DNA of 64,000 nucleotides, taken from contig JAZDCZ010000254.1 in the NCBI GenBank assembly GCA_036679605.1, positions 96,001 through 160,000 of the forward strand, read 5' to 3'. Origin of the DNA: Gemmatimonadota bacterium (GTDB lineage: Bacteria > Gemmatimonadota > Gemmatimonadetes > Gemmatimonadales > GWC2-71-9). Positions 61,891 to 64,000 of the stretch are shown here, one piece after another. The notes under the pieces are model-generated. The model made no database searches, was not told the origin of the DNA, and saw only the letters and a list, made by a program, of their open reading frames with translations. Position 1 is the stretch's first letter, and each line of letters starts with the position of its first letter. The position numbers and the translations under genes were made by a program.

Positions 61891-62654
61891 GAAACCACCT
61901 TGGTCGTAACGCCCTCGGCGTCATCCACCGCTTCGGGTCTTCCCTCGATGAACTGGCGAACGATTGGATCGTGGGTGCGCTTGATCTGATCCACTGTACC
62001 AACCTGGCGGATCGCACCCTTGTACAACATGGCGATCCGATCGCCCACCGTGTAGGCACTGCTCATGTCGTGGGTTACAACTATGCTCGTTGCACCAAGT
62101 TTCTCCTTGGTTCGCACGATCAACTCATTGATGACGGACGAGGTGACCGGATCCAAGCCCGACGTGGGCTCGTCGTAAAGAATGTAGCGTGGTTTCAGCG
62201 CGATCGAACGTGCAATGCCCACGCGTTTCCTCATGCCGCCCGACAGTTCGACCGGATATCGTTCGTCGGTCCCCTCCATGTCTACCAGCGCAAGAGACTC
62301 CCGCACCCTCTCGTCGATTTCGCGGCGGGCCACCTGTTGGCGTTTCAGTCCCAATTCAATATTTTGCCGCACAGTCATCGAGTCGAACAACGCAGCGAAC
62401 TGAAAGACGAACGCGACCTTCGATCTGAGCCGGAACAGCCCGTTGCGATCCAGCTCGTGAACGATCTCACCGTCGACCTCGACTTCGCCTGCATCGGGAT
62501 CGAGCAAACCGACTACGTGCTTCAGTGCAACGCTCTTGCCCGTGCCCGAGTAGCCGATCACGACCACCGTCTCTCCCTCCGGCACCTCCAAGGAGAATCC
62601 GTCGAGCACCTGCTTGGGCCCAAACTTCTTATAGACGCCGCGCAACGCTATCAC
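61887..62654 (-). CDS. mlaF: MlaF ABC ATPase
   Basis: GYSGTGKS, FQFAALFDS, LSGGMRKRV, YDEPTSGLDP. Confidence 0.92.
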   Translation of the reverse strand: MIALRGVYKKFGPKQVLDGFSLEVPEGETVVVIGYSGTGKSVALKHVVGLLDPDAGEVEVDGEIVHELDRNGLFRLRSKVAFVFQFAALFDSMTVRQNIELGLKRQQVARREIDERVRESLALVDMEGTDERYPVELSGGMRKRVGIARSIALKPRYILYDEPTSGLDPVTSSVINELIVRTKEKLGATSIVVTHDMSSAYTVGDRIAMLYKGAIRQVGTVDQIKRTHDPIVRQFIEGRPEAVDDAEGVTTKVVS

Positions 62655-62676
62655 GAAATCGGCAGCCCCATCCGAC

Positions 62677-63438
62677 TCACAGTAATACTACCGCCCAGAA
62701 CGCATCGAGCACGAGGATCATCTGCGCGGAAATGACCACCGACTGGGTAGTGCTGCGCCCTACACCCTCTGCGCCACCCGCCGTCTTGAGTCCCTTGAGG
62801 CAGCCAATCAGCGAGATCACCAGGCCAAACGACATGGCCTTCACCAATCCGAACCAGATATCCTTGAAGTGGTAGAACAACCTGAGGCCCTTGACGAAGT
62901 CGCCGGTCGAAAGATCGAGGAGGTTTACCGCTGTAATCAGGGCTGACACAACCCCAATAGCCATTGCGAGTGCTACGACTATCGGAAACATGATAGTCGC
63001 GGCCACAATGCGTGGAACCACGAGATATGAATACGGATCGTACGCAAGCGTTTCGAGCGCTTCGACCTGCTCGGTCACGCGCATCGTGCCGAGTTCTGCT
63101 GTGATGTTGGCCCCTACCCTTCCGGCCAGCGCGAGCCCGGTCAAAACTGGGGCGAGTTCCAGCATAATCGTCTTGCCGACAAGGGTTCCGACGAAATAGA
63201 GTGGGACCGCTCCAGTCAGGGTGTAGGAAGACTGCATCGCGAGCACGATTCCCATGAAGGCAGCGATGAAAAGCGCGATGGGCAACGATTGAACACCGAT
63301 CCGGCGCATCTGGACCACAGTGAGACTAGTCCAGATACTGACATCCCGTAGGCTCCTGACAATGTCATAGAGAGATCTGGCGAGACCGCCGATATTGAGA
63401 AGCCAGCGGGCAACCCGCTGGGACATGAGTTCATACAC
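62677..63438 (-). CDS. mlaE: MlaE permease
   Basis: ELAPVL, GRVGA, AELGTMRVTEQ, GAEGVGRSTT. Confidence 0.93.
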   Translation of the reverse strand: MYELMSQRVARWLLNIGGLARSLYDIVRSLRDVSIWTSLTVVQMRRIGVQSLPIALFIAAFMGIVLAMQSSYTLTGAVPLYFVGTLVGKTIMLELAPVLTGLALAGRVGANITAELGTMRVTEQVEALETLAYDPYSYLVVPRIVAATIMFPIVVALAMAIGVVSALITAVNLLDLSTGDFVKGLRLFYHFKDIWFGLVKAMSFGLVISLIGCLKGLKTAGGAEGVGRSTTQSVVISAQMILVLDAFWAVVLL

Positions 63439-63514
63439 GAGGCGAATTTATCAGACACACGCGAAAGAGGCTAGTAGCCCAGGAACAGCGCCTGCGGGCG
63501 CGTAGGCGCATAAC

Positions 63515-63544
63515 AATAGGGGCAACGCATGCGTTGCCCCTATT
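63515..63544. repeat. Perfect 30-bp palindrome (REP-like), preceded by a second hairpin at 63488-63509
   Basis: AATAGGGGCAACGCA|TGCGTTGCCCCTATT; neighbouring GCGCCTGCG-ggcg-CGTAGGCGC. Confidence 0.75.
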
Positions 63545-63569
63545 CTACCTTACGCGTACCTACTCAGAT

Positions 63570-64000
63570 CTACGCTGCGAAGCTCGCCAGCGCCTTGCCT
63601 ACATCGCCTTCGCGTAGCCTCTTGAGGGCCCGATCTCGGAGCTGGCGTACTCGCTCTCTCGTTACACCGAGCATTCCACCAATCTCCTCCAGTGTGTGCT
63701 CGCGTCCGCCGTCCAGGCCGAAGTAGAGCCGTACGACCTTGGCGTCACGGGCCGGAAGCGTGGTGAGAGCGCCCTTGATCTCGTCGGTGAGAAAGCGCTC
63801 CATGGTGCGCTCTTCGGTGTCCGGAAGATCTTCGGCGATAAACCGCTCTATCAGAGCGCGGTCTCCATCGGGATCGAGCGGGGCGTCGAGCCTGACCTCT
63901 CCCGTATTGAGAGCGGCAAGAGACTGGACTACCTCGAGCGACAAAGTTGTGGCCTTGGAGATTTCCTCCGGCGTTGGTTCGCGGCGCAGTTCCTGCCTCA
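63570..64000 (-). CDS. Sigma-70 family (RpoD/RpoS-like) sigma factor, C-terminal part
   Basis: Frame open to the window edge: RQELRREPTPEEIS (region 3), LDAP, TLEEIG...GVTRERVRQ (region 4.2). Confidence 0.92.
   Translation of the reverse strand, partial: RQELRREPTPEEISKATTLSLEVVQSLAALNTGEVRLDAPLDPDGDRALIERFIAEDLPDTEERTMERFLTDEIKGALTTLPARDAKVVRLYFGLDGGREHTLEEIGGMLGVTRERVRQLRDRALKRLREGDVGKALASFAA

Overview
Bacterial chromosomal window with dense housekeeping content. The gene set (diderm, Kdo transferase, Mla, split ATP synthase operon, ricT-metG, PorV-like barrel) suggests Gemmatimonadota or a related FCB lineage, which is inference only. Left end, minus strand: a tightly packed run of a PrdB/GrdB-like selenoprotein (in-frame TGA, UxxC, split in two by the ORF track), a DmpA peptidase, an aminotransferase, then an archaeal-style nurA-herA-[two secreted paralogues]-mre11/sbcD-rad50/sbcC cluster; nurA appears to need a CTG start. 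Next come a catalytically degenerate DEAD-box/DbpA protein, hup, tdk, coaE, gcvHP, a lipoyl ligase and a dpp/opp ABC transporter. After these lie a ~190-nt rod-like RNA candidate and a zinc-ribbon/PspA-like/RemA-like operon whose 54-aa first gene is absent from the track. The middle holds thiO, lipA-pdhABC-lpdA-lipB, an M20 dipeptidase, gdhA, a PorV-like barrel with an M30-like protease lipoprotein, a dnaE broken by an apparent deletion plus frameshift, accA, ricT and metG. The right part holds an M23 peptidase behind a structured leader, dsbA, a CPBP protease, waaA, two OMPs, atpAGDC with a Rex/CRP-type palindrome upstream, an AraC regulator, a NUDIX hydrolase, mlaEFD and a partial sigma-70 gene. 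I saw no rRNA, tRNA, CRISPR array, transposase or prophage. All calls come from manual motif reading; no searches were run.
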